NCBI GenBank assembly: GCA_023268715.1
Contig: JALRLV010000001.1
Location: 6,383 to 70,382, forward strand
Length of the DNA: 64,000 nt
DNA from: Candidatus Thalassarchaeaceae archaeon
GTDB lineage: Archaea > Thermoplasmatota > Poseidoniia > Poseidoniales > Thalassarchaeaceae
Reading direction: 5' to 3'
Under the pieces are notes generated by a model. It was given only the letters and a program-made list of their open reading frames with translations. It did not search any database and was not told the DNA's origin. Both the position numbers and the translations under genes were made by a program. This document shows positions 28,013 through 36,170 of the stretch, piece after piece (position 1 is the first letter of the stretch; each line of letters starts with the position of its first letter).

Positions 28013-28747
28013 ATGAACACTCAACCTCCAGTCCGCCTAAAATTGGAAGATGCGGCTATTGGTTTCGACCAAGACTCCCCACTTCTGGAATCTGTTGATT
28101 TAGAAATTAGAGCAGGAGAAATCGTTGGTTTGACCGGCAGGTCAGGAATCGGTAAGACGACTCTATTGCGAACTGCTGCAGGCTTGGTCAGTCCACTTTC
28201 AGGCTCAATCGTATGCTGTTGTACAGCAGACACAAGAGCCCAGAAAGGTGCAATTGGGCTAATTCCCCAGCGACTCGGTTTGGTTCAACATCAAACCGTT
28301 GGTTACAATGTACTCATGGGGGCTTTAGCGGGAGCAAACTTTCTCCAAACCGCTCTATCTCTTCCGAGTAAGAAAATGAGGGAAGAAACTCGTTCTGTAA
28401 TCGAAGAGGTTGGTTTGGCAGACAAAACTCTAGAATCTGTAAATCGTTTATCCGGGGGCCAACAGAGGAGGGTTGCAATTGCTAGAGCAATGTTGCAAGA
28501 GCCAGAATTACTTCTTGCAGATGAGTGCCTGGGTGAATTGGATGCAGAAACTGCGAGGGGCATTATCGATTTATTTCGACACATGGCAGATGACCACAAT
28601 ATGGCGATTCTAATAGTCGACCACAATCCAGTTCGAGCCAAAACTTTCTGTGATCGAGTGTACCAATTGAGGGGACGGAGATTAATACCATTCGAGGAGG
28701 AGGAACCATCTTCAGTGCTTCCGATTATTGGGGAGGCTTCCGCTTGA
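28013..28747 (+). CDS. ABC transporter ATP-binding protein, PhnC-like
   Basis: Walker A is GRSGIGKT, the signature is LSGGQQRRVAIARA and Walker B is LLLADE. A PhnC-type insert is present (NVLMGALAGANFLQTALSL). Confidence 0.85.
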   Translation: MNTQPPVRLKLEDAAIGFDQDSPLLESVDLEIRAGEIVGLTGRSGIGKTTLLRTAAGLVSPLSGSIVCCCTADTRAQKGAIGLIPQRLGLVQHQTVGYNVLMGALAGANFLQTALSLPSKKMREETRSVIEEVGLADKTLESVNRLSGGQQRRVAIARAMLQEPELLLADECLGELDAETARGIIDLFRHMADDHNMAILIVDHNPVRAKTFCDRVYQLRGRRLIPFEEEEPSSVLPIIGEASA

Positions 28748-29676
28748 ATGAAAGAATATCAGACTCAATTAGACTAATTATCCGTCGTCCTATACTTCGG
28801 ACATCGATTATTTTGGGTATAATCACAATTTTAGTCACCAATCACCTTCAGATTACCGTTTGGAAACTGGTAGATGGTTGGAGTAATCTGCTCAAGTTAG
28901 GTTCAGAGGCTCTTCCTCCGGATTTCACAGTATTGACCGAGCGTGCTGGGTGGACATATCCTTCCTGCACATTTGAATCCGATATGCTGTGTAGTCCTGC
29001 GGTTGTTGGTATGACACAGACTCTGGAAATTGCATTCCTTTCGACAGTTTTTGGTATGCTAATCTCTCTCCCATTAGCCGCCATGGCTGCAAGCAATCTT
29101 TCCCCCTATTGGTTATCTCAATCAACAAGACAAATCCTCGCGGCATTGAGAGTTTTACCATCTCTTATTTGGGCACTTATTTTCGTGATAGTGGTCGGAG
29201 TAGGGCCACTTGCGGGTGTTCTAGCAATGACGATGTATACAGTAGGTTACCTAGGAAAACTGCAATACGAGGCTCTTGAGGGTGTTAGTAAGGAACCTTT
29301 GGAAGTCGCCCGTGCAATGGGATTACCTCGTTGGCAAGTGGCTAGATTTTTTGCGATACCAGAAGCGAGTAATGCTCTGATTAGTCAGGCCTTATTCATG
29401 TTTGAATACAATGTAAGGCACGGCTCTGTGATTGGCTTGGTTGGAGCCGGTGGGATTGGATGGTACATGAACCACTACCTTAATCCATTCCAACTCTACG
29501 ATAAGGTTCTAGCTTTGATTATCGTAATGTTCGTTGTAGTTGTTTTGATTGACCAGTTTTCTTTGATAGTCAGGAGAGGGTTTATCGATGACACGGCAAA
29601 CTATCAGAAACCTCGTTGGCGTGATGTTTTGATTTCAAAAGATCCTGCACTAAAGAGAGTAAAGAAGGCAGAATAA
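28744..29676 (+). CDS. ABC transporter permease, PhnE-like
   Basis: EVARAMGLPRWQVARFFAIPEASNALISQALFMFEYNVRHGSVIGLVGAGGIGW is the PhnE signature region. A 4-nt overlap with the ATPase gene is present. Confidence 0.85.
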   Translation: MNERISDSIRLIIRRPILRTSIILGIITILVTNHLQITVWKLVDGWSNLLKLGSEALPPDFTVLTERAGWTYPSCTFESDMLCSPAVVGMTQTLEIAFLSTVFGMLISLPLAAMAASNLSPYWLSQSTRQILAALRVLPSLIWALIFVIVVGVGPLAGVLAMTMYTVGYLGKLQYEALEGVSKEPLEVARAMGLPRWQVARFFAIPEASNALISQALFMFEYNVRHGSVIGLVGAGGIGWYMNHYLNPFQLYDKVLALIIVMFVVVVLIDQFSLIVRRGFIDDTANYQKPRWRDVLISKDPALKRVKKAE

Positions 29677-29680
29677 TAAT

Positions 29681-30691
29681 TCAGGCTTCGTATGCCTCTA
29701 CCATTCTTCGAACAGCGGTTGAAACTTCTTCATCTCCATCTAGTAAATCTCCCAGGGCCGTGAGGAATGGTACCTCAATCTGCAATCTTTCTGCTCGGTT
29801 AAGGAACATCCTTGTCGCTCTAACTCCTTCAGCTACCATATGCATCTCCGCTAGAGCCTGTTCAAGTGATTTTCCTGAACCAAGTTTTTCGCCTAACGTC
29901 CGATTTCTTGAACGGGGACTAGTTGCAGTCACGTAAAGGTCTCCTATTCCCGCAGGTCCAAAGGCGGTTCCGGCATTTGCACCCATCGCATTCAGGAGAG
30001 TAATTCCCTCCGAAAATCCAGCAAGAACTAATGCCGCTTTGAGATTATCACCACCAATCCCATCCCTCAATCCATCGACTAAACCACAAGCAAGTGCCAC
30101 CGTGTTCTTGTATGCTCCCCATAATTCTGCACCCTCGACGTCATTCGTAGCGGTGAGAACCAAAGATTCAGTCGAAAGGCGCTCTGCGATTCTATCGGCA
30201 ATGGATCTATCATGACATGCAACTAGGGCCGTTGTCATTACTCCTCGAGCAACTTCTGGAGCGATTGTGGGGCCAGTTAGTACAACCACCGGATTGGACT
30301 TACCTGCAGCGGCAAGACGGTCTTCAATCTCACGAGAAATCATTCCTGATTCACTTTCAGAGGTTGGTGCCAATCCTTTGGCTAAATCAATTAGAACATG
30401 CGATGGGCGCAAATGAGGAATTAGATCATTTACAACAGATAGAATTACACCGCTGGGCAATGCAAGAATTAGTATCTCACAAGTATCGGTTATATCGGAT
30501 AACTTCATGGTGGAATCTAGAGTAGGAATTTCGTGTCCCGGTAGGTACTTTTCGTTGATATTACTGGTCATCAATGACTCATATACTTCGGCTTCGACCG
30601 TCCAGCCCATGACATTGTGTCCATCTTCACACCAGACCTTTGCCAGGGCAGTGCCCCAATTACCGAGTCCAAGAATACCTATGCGTGACAT
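29681..30691 (-). CDS. gpsA: NAD(P)H-dependent glycerol-3-phosphate dehydrogenase (bacterial type)
   Basis: Motifs seen: IGILGLGNWGTALA, GPTIAPEVARG, GAYKNTVALACGLVDGL, GIGDLYVTATSPRSRNRTLG and EGVRAT. Start is ATG 30691 (the track GTG at 30697 is 2 codons upstream). Confidence 0.88.
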   Translation of the reverse strand: MSRIGILGLGNWGTALAKVWCEDGHNVMGWTVEAEVYESLMTSNINEKYLPGHEIPTLDSTMKLSDITDTCEILILALPSGVILSVVNDLIPHLRPSHVLIDLAKGLAPTSESESGMISREIEDRLAAAGKSNPVVVLTGPTIAPEVARGVMTTALVACHDRSIADRIAERLSTESLVLTATNDVEGAELWGAYKNTVALACGLVDGLRDGIGGDNLKAALVLAGFSEGITLLNAMGANAGTAFGPAGIGDLYVTATSPRSRNRTLGEKLGSGKSLEQALAEMHMVAEGVRATRMFLNRAERLQIEVPFLTALGDLLDGDEEVSTAVRRMVEAYEA

Positions 30692-30795
30692 GTGCACCCC
30701 AAATTCACTTCGCCGAATGTACCCGTTATCACCTCTTTGGGCCTAGAACTGACTACCGTTGGATTCTTGACCTTGAATTCACGGCCGAAGTACAA

Positions 30796-30880
30796 GCAGG
30801 GGTTCCCGAGCGGTCAAAGGGGCTGGGTTTAGGTCCCAGTGCGTAGTGCTTCGCAGGTTCAAATCCTGTCCCCTGCACCA
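30796..30880 (+). tRNA. tRNA-Leu (anticodon TAG), long variable arm, CCA encoded
   Basis: The sequence is GCAGGGGTTCCCGAGCGGTCAAAGGGGCTGGGTTTAGGTCCCAGTGCGTAGTGCTTCGCAGGTTCAAATCCTGTCCCCTGCACCA. The acceptor pairs GCAGGGG with CCCCTGC. The anticodon stem is CTGGG/CCCAG with loop TTTAGGT. The T arm is GCAGG-TTCAAAT-CCTGT. Confidence 0.9.
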
Positions 30881-30937
30881 CATATTTCGTCCATGCCGGG
30901 ATTTGATTCATAAGGGTCAATTTTTCGGCGCAGTTCA

Positions 30938-33271
30938 ATGAACAGAGCCTATGCGCTAATCGCAGGACTAATTTTGATTGCTTCACCTTTGGCAGGTTGC
31001 TTATCTGAGGGTGATATAGAGGATATTGTAGATGACATCATCGGATGCATGGACGAGAACGCAGAGAACTATGACGAGAATGCAACTTCCGAACTTCTGG
31101 GAGATTGTATTTATCTAGCCTCCATTGACGCTTTTATGGCCGCCATGGATGAAGAAATGGACATAGAGAGTATGTTGGAAAATTCCGCACGAGCGGGATA
31201 TTCAGAATCGATGTCCATGACAGGATTCGATGAAGAAATGGGAATGGAAGTTGACGTAACAATGTCAGAGACCGTGATGGTTAACCTAGACAACGAATCC
31301 GTTCATGTCCACACCTCTATTTCCTATCTTCCAATGCTGTCCGTAGAGTACACTCACACACAGGTTGGGGAGGTTGTCAACATTCACTACTCAGTTGGCG
31401 GTATGATGGCATCCATGGCCGGAGGGGCCGAATCAGGTTCCTACCAAACTAGAGATCATTCACCTGATGTGATGCATGTTATCGAAACTGTACTTTCCTC
31501 TGAAGATGACGATTCGGAAGATGATTCAGGCGATATGCTAGAAACCCCAGACTTAGACTTTGGAGAAGGGATGCCAGAAAATGCCACAACTGAAATCAGT
31601 TACGTAGCAGAATCCGGCATTCATGTCATGACTATGACATTTACAGAAGATGAAATGGACATGACAGTAACTATTCACATTGACGAAAATGAAGACCTAG
31701 TTGCTTACACTATGTCAGGCAGCAATGAATCGTCAAGCATGCTTATGTCCTACACTGTTATGTGGGACGATGCTGTGATTATCGAAGTCGATGATACGCT
31801 TCCACATACTCCAGTCCCTGTTTTCTTCGAGGTTGAAGAAGAATACGGCGAGGATGAATTCGTATGTGACAATGGCGAAGTCATCCCTTACGACTGGGTA
31901 GATGATGGTTATCCGGACTGTGAGGATGGATCTGATGAGAGCGATGAAGAAGAAGTCATGTTTACCTGTGACGACGGTGAGGAAATCCACTTCAGTTCAG
32001 TCAATGATGGATGGGCCGATTGTTATGACGAATCGGATGAACCCACATACGATGAAAGTGAAACATCAGAACCTAATTTTGTAAGTTATCTCTTCTGCAT
32101 GCAATGGGTAAACACCGACATGATAGTAAGTAGCGCAACAGATGATTGGGATTCAACCAACTTAGAGCTTGCAGATTGTGGCATAGAGGCAGGTGAATAC
32201 TACTTGAATTACACCTTTACTGATGATTTACTCACTCTTCCGAATAATCTAACTTTGCTTGATTCAATTGAAGACTGGTCAGCAGAATCCGGTGATGAAA
32301 CTGGCGAATGGTGTGAGGATTATGGAGGAGTGTATGACTCTCTTTACGATATTTGTTCGATGGAAGTCAGAGTAATGCACAACAGTACCTACACTTTTGA
32401 ACCTATGACTAATTGGGCAGAGGATAGTGGAGACACTAATGGCTCAGTTTGCTTAGAATATGGGGGAATTTATGTTCCTGAAAACGATGAGTGTTACTTC
32501 CCACTAGACGAGATATTGGATGCCGATGGTTCTGCAATATTGATTGGTGGCGAGCCATGGTTTTACCAATATGACTCAACAACAGGTAGTGGTCTTGCTA
32601 TGGAACTAATGGATTATTTCCAGTGTGAAAATGGCGATGTAGTCGAAGGTGAATTCTATAATGATGGTTGGGAAGACTGTGAAGACGGATCCGACGAGAA
32701 TATGGGGGTAGAAACTTCAGAATTCGAGTGTATGGATGGAACTACGGTTCCTCTGTCTTCAGTAAATGATTGGAACGATTGGGACTGCCCAGATGGTTCC
32801 GACGAGGAGTGGTACTACCACGGAGATGATGAAGGAGACGATGACGTTGAAGAAGAGATTTCAATCATAGTAATCATTGCAGATAATCAAACTCTCAACG
32901 TGCCAATTTCTGACTTCGAGGTTCGCTTCCTTATTGACTGTGAAGCTCATTATGACGAGAATACAGATGAGATGGTTGAACCCGACCTGAACGGTTGCAC
33001 AGTCGACTTCACAATACCCCTTACTAGTGGTGAATCTGATGGTGTTATCCTTACCTACCATGACCACGATGACGATGGACTAGTGTCTCCTTTCGATGAG
33101 ATAGTTATCGAGGGTTACAACGGTGAAAACGGTCAGCCAGAAATTTATGATTTGGTTGCCGGGGATTATTCCGCAAACTCAGCCGCAATGCCGCCAGCAC
33201 TACCAGGCTTTGGTGCACTACTTGGAGCGCTATGTCTCCTGGGTGCAGCATTCGCTAACAGAAGAGACTGA
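30938..33271 (+). CDS. Highly acidic surface lipoprotein with LDL-receptor-class-A-like repeats and a PGF-CTERM anchor
   Basis: The lipobox is SPLAGC. Four repeats of type C-x-(D/N)G-x-x-(I/V)-x5-(V/Y)-(N/D)DG-x-x-DC-x-DGSDE are present. The C-terminus is ALPGFGALLGALCLLGAAFANRRD. Confidence 0.8.
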   Translation: MNRAYALIAGLILIASPLAGCLSEGDIEDIVDDIIGCMDENAENYDENATSELLGDCIYLASIDAFMAAMDEEMDIESMLENSARAGYSESMSMTGFDEEMGMEVDVTMSETVMVNLDNESVHVHTSISYLPMLSVEYTHTQVGEVVNIHYSVGGMMASMAGGAESGSYQTRDHSPDVMHVIETVLSSEDDDSEDDSGDMLETPDLDFGEGMPENATTEISYVAESGIHVMTMTFTEDEMDMTVTIHIDENEDLVAYTMSGSNESSSMLMSYTVMWDDAVIIEVDDTLPHTPVPVFFEVEEEYGEDEFVCDNGEVIPYDWVDDGYPDCEDGSDESDEEEVMFTCDDGEEIHFSSVNDGWADCYDESDEPTYDESETSEPNFVSYLFCMQWVNTDMIVSSATDDWDSTNLELADCGIEAGEYYLNYTFTDDLLTLPNNLTLLDSIEDWSAESGDETGEWCEDYGGVYDSLYDICSMEVRVMHNSTYTFEPMTNWAEDSGDTNGSVCLEYGGIYVPENDECYFPLDEILDADGSAILIGGEPWFYQYDSTTGSGLAMELMDYFQCENGDVVEGEFYNDGWEDCEDGSDENMGVETSEFECMDGTTVPLSSVNDWNDWDCPDGSDEEWYYHGDDEGDDDVEEEISIIVIIADNQTLNVPISDFEVRFLIDCEAHYDENTDEMVEPDLNGCTVDFTIPLTSGESDGVILTYHDHDDDGLVSPFDEIVIEGYNGENGQPEIYDLVAGDYSANSAAMPPALPGFGALLGALCLLGAAFANRRD
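31865..32806 (+). repeat. Four LDLa-like half-repeats (protein-level)
   Basis: The repeats lie at 31865-31939 (CDNGEVIPYDWVDDGYPDCEDGSDE), 31967-32041 (CDDGEEIHFSSVNDGWADCYDESDE), 32624-32698 (CENGDVVEGEFYNDGWEDCEDGSDE) and 32729-32806 (CMDGTTVPLSSVNDWNDWDCPDGSDE). Confidence 0.75.
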
Positions 33272-33293
33272 ATTGGCTCTAGGGTCAATACGA

Positions 33294-33312
33294 CGAGTTC
33301 CGTAGGAACTCG
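33294..33312 (+). terminator. Perfect 8-bp/3-nt-loop hairpin after the stop codon
   Basis: CGAGTTCC-GTA-GGAACTCG lies 23 nt after the stop at 33271. Confidence 0.35.
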
Positions 33313-33315
33313 GAT

Positions 33316-33350
33316 GGTGAGACCGGCGGGTTGATGACCCGCCACTCACC
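33316..33350 (+). promoter_or_regulatory. Stem-loop enclosing the start codon of the downstream gene
   Basis: GGTGAG-ACC-GGCGGG-TTGATGA-CCCGCC-A-CTCACC forms 6+6 bp. ATG 33334-33336 lies in the 7-nt loop. The SD-like GGTGAG forms the 5' arm and pairs with CTCACC inside the ORF. Confidence 0.4.
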
Positions 33351-35445
33351 CAACCTACTTGTGAAGGAGTCGGAGTCACTTGGAGAGACTGAGAAGAACA
33401 GTCTCGATAGGGAATTAGACCTTATTCGGTCTAGGCGAGAAGGGGACAAGAGATTCTTTCGTGGAGCCTTTGAAGACTATACTCTGCTAACTGGACTAAT
33501 TATCGGGGCTGTGTTCTTTGGCGGAGTCTTCACAATGTCCTCAGGTTGGGTTGCATCCGACTCAATTGTAGTTGACAAGACCCTTTCATCAACGCCACTA
33601 GATCCTGGTGGAGAATGTGTTGACAAGAGAGGCGAAGTTTGGTTCAACGTCTTCTACGATGTTGATGGTCACGTAATCAAGGTGATATCACATAATGTCG
33701 ACCCAGAAATTCAAACAGTTATCGGGATTAAAATTGTGATTTCGGAATCCGAATCGATTACTTTCTTGCAAGGTGGTGTCGGAGACCAAGAACTGGAATA
33801 TGACCCCGATGAATTAGCTAAAGGTCATTACAATGCATCTTCCTCAATTTGGCAAGTTACCACGGAATCCAACCTAGATGAAATGACGCAGGAAGATTTG
33901 CAGTCATTGGTCGATTCTTCAGGCGTCATTTTGCTTAGCAAAGAATTCGAAATAGAAAATTCCGCTCATGTGGAAATTATAGATGAAGACCCTCGGTCCT
34001 GTTGGACTATCCAAGGATTGGGTAATTGGGGCTGGATAATGATGGGTGCTGAATGGGTAGGCGGTCGTGAGGCTGCTATGCTGACAGGTGGAAGTGCCGG
34101 TATCCCTGCATGGTGGATGGCAATGGTCTCACTTGGAATGTCCTTGTTTTTCCTTTGTGTGCAATATCCGTTGATGCACAAGATGTATCATCGCGATACT
34201 GATGATATATTGAATGATGAACAACTTAGTAGGTTGATTAGTCGGACATTACAACAGTCAACAGAAAAATTACACATCGACATCGTTTCTGATGAATTGA
34301 AGATGCAATTGAGAACTATTTCGATAGACGTTCTCGTACCCTATACTACCCGGTCAACTACAATCGAGCAACCATCCGACATTCGTGCAGAATTAACCAA
34401 ATGCTTGCTCGAGGAGTTCGCAGTCTTTGGAGAAATGAAACCACTTCAGATGAAAATTATCTGTGTAGATGAAGGAATACATGAGTCTCATGAGGGAAAT
34501 AGACGTTCATTGGCCTTAGGTGAAATACCCATTTTAACAGAGGATTATTCAAAATTCTTTGCCAATATGAGCACATATGGCTGGCTTGAAGTAGCAGCTA
34601 ATAACAGCCTCAATCGCTGGTTTAAGAAACATGATTTGGTTGATTATGGAACTGCGGTATTGGCTGATGAAGACGCAGTGTTTGTTAGGGTTATTTACAA
34701 ACCAGTCACACGATTTACCTATTTCTTATTCAAGGCTACATATCAGGATATGCAAGAGGATCTACATGCTCACCTAAGCAATGATTTGCAGAAATATCTT
34801 GACGGACGGGTGCTGGTAGTCAGCGCTCGTAATGAGAAGGCTACTCTGTCTGATAGGGCTATGGCTGGAAGAGTAGAAGATCCGACATTAGGTGCATATG
34901 GTTTGGCTCGTAAAGGCTCATTATTGGAACCAGTAATCAGCGGGATTAGGCCAGATTCCAACGATGAAAAAGACGAATTGGTCGGTGAAGCACTAGTAGC
35001 GAAACAGGGCGGAATTACTGGAGCGCTTCTACAAAATCCATTCATGGGAGATATTCTCTCAGGTGTAGAATATATCGCCAATAAGAATCAAAAAAGAATT
35101 GAGAAATATGGTTTCTGGTTCCTAATTGTTTTCGTTTGGATACCATTCATGGCTAGCGGAGTTCTAGTTGGTGCTATGCTAGGACTTGTTGCTCGAATGC
35201 GCTTCCAAAGGGTACTGGCTGCTTGTTTGATGGGAGGAACTGCAGCATCTCTAACCTGGGCATATACCGCTAAGGGAATTATTGAATTCATGGAAAGATA
35301 CCATGCAGAAGCTTTCATTCCATTTGTGATATTACTCGCTATTGGTTTTACAATATTGCACCTTGGGAGAAATAAAAAGAAGCGAAGAGAGGAATTATTC
35401 AGAGAGTCTATGGCTTTCTTCGCAGGTTCATCAGATTCGATGTAA
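33334..35445 (+). CDS. Large polytopic membrane protein (hypothetical); C-terminal part resembles small multidrug-export-type TM bundle
   Basis: The protein is about 703 aa. It has an N-terminal TM helix, an extracytoplasmic domain, central TM helices, a roughly 300-aa soluble domain, then FWFLIVFVWIPFMASGVLVGAMLGLVARM...; only weak family resemblance. It lies upstream of MacB-type ABC genes. Confidence 0.55.
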   Translation: MTRHSPNLLVKESESLGETEKNSLDRELDLIRSRREGDKRFFRGAFEDYTLLTGLIIGAVFFGGVFTMSSGWVASDSIVVDKTLSSTPLDPGGECVDKRGEVWFNVFYDVDGHVIKVISHNVDPEIQTVIGIKIVISESESITFLQGGVGDQELEYDPDELAKGHYNASSSIWQVTTESNLDEMTQEDLQSLVDSSGVILLSKEFEIENSAHVEIIDEDPRSCWTIQGLGNWGWIMMGAEWVGGREAAMLTGGSAGIPAWWMAMVSLGMSLFFLCVQYPLMHKMYHRDTDDILNDEQLSRLISRTLQQSTEKLHIDIVSDELKMQLRTISIDVLVPYTTRSTTIEQPSDIRAELTKCLLEEFAVFGEMKPLQMKIICVDEGIHESHEGNRRSLALGEIPILTEDYSKFFANMSTYGWLEVAANNSLNRWFKKHDLVDYGTAVLADEDAVFVRVIYKPVTRFTYFLFKATYQDMQEDLHAHLSNDLQKYLDGRVLVVSARNEKATLSDRAMAGRVEDPTLGAYGLARKGSLLEPVISGIRPDSNDEKDELVGEALVAKQGGITGALLQNPFMGDILSGVEYIANKNQKRIEKYGFWFLIVFVWIPFMASGVLVGAMLGLVARMRFQRVLAACLMGGTAASLTWAYTAKGIIEFMERYHAEAFIPFVILLAIGFTILHLGRNKKKRREELFRESMAFFAGSSDSM

Positions 35446-35471
35446 TAAATCCATTTAACGCAATTTACTAG

Positions 35472-36161
35472 GTGATTGATTTGGCAAATAATTTGGTAGA
35501 GATAGAAGGGATGAAACGATATTATGAGATGGTTTCTGGTATTGTTAAGGCACTTGATGGCGTAGATATAGAAGTTAAGCAAGGAGAACGAATTATCCTT
35601 CTAGGACCCTCGGGTTCTGGAAAAACCACTCTGCTAAATTGCATAGCCGCATTGGATAGCCCTACAGGGGGAAAATACTCCTTCGAAGGTAAGGAAGTGC
35701 CAAGAAATTCATCCGAAGAGATGACTACATTCCGTAGAGAAAATATCGGATACGTATTCCAATTCTTCAATCTATTACAAGATTTAACTGTGTTAGAAAA
35801 CATTCTCTTGATTCAAGAATTGGCCGGAGGCAGAGATGAAAAGCGCGCTCGAGAATTACTAGTTTTGGTAGGTTTAGAAGACGAGGTTGACCGTTTCCCT
35901 ACAGAGATTAGTGGAGGGCAGCAACAACGTGTTGCTATTGCTAGAAGCTTAGCAAAGAGACCGAAGTTATTGCTGGGTGATGAATTGACTGGTAACCTTG
36001 ACACAAAGACCTCTTCTATGGTCATGGAGGTTCTTGTCAAAGCCTGTGAAGCTGAGAATATCACCACTGTTTTTGTTACCCATGACGAATCACTTACTCG
36101 ATATGCAACAAGGATAATCAGACTCGACAGCGGAGTCATTATTTCTGACGAAATTGTTTGA
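35472..36161 (+). CDS. ABC transporter ATP-binding protein (MacB/LolD/FtsE-like)
   Basis: Walker A is GPSGSGKTT, the signature is ISGGQQQRVAIARS and Walker B is LLLGDE. QFFNLL is also present. The start is GTG. Confidence 0.88.
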   Translation: MIDLANNLVEIEGMKRYYEMVSGIVKALDGVDIEVKQGERIILLGPSGSGKTTLLNCIAALDSPTGGKYSFEGKEVPRNSSEEMTTFRRENIGYVFQFFNLLQDLTVLENILLIQELAGGRDEKRARELLVLVGLEDEVDRFPTEISGGQQQRVAIARSLAKRPKLLLGDELTGNLDTKTSSMVMEVLVKACEAENITTVFVTHDESLTRYATRIIRLDSGVIISDEIV

Positions 36162-36170
36162 GGTGATAGC

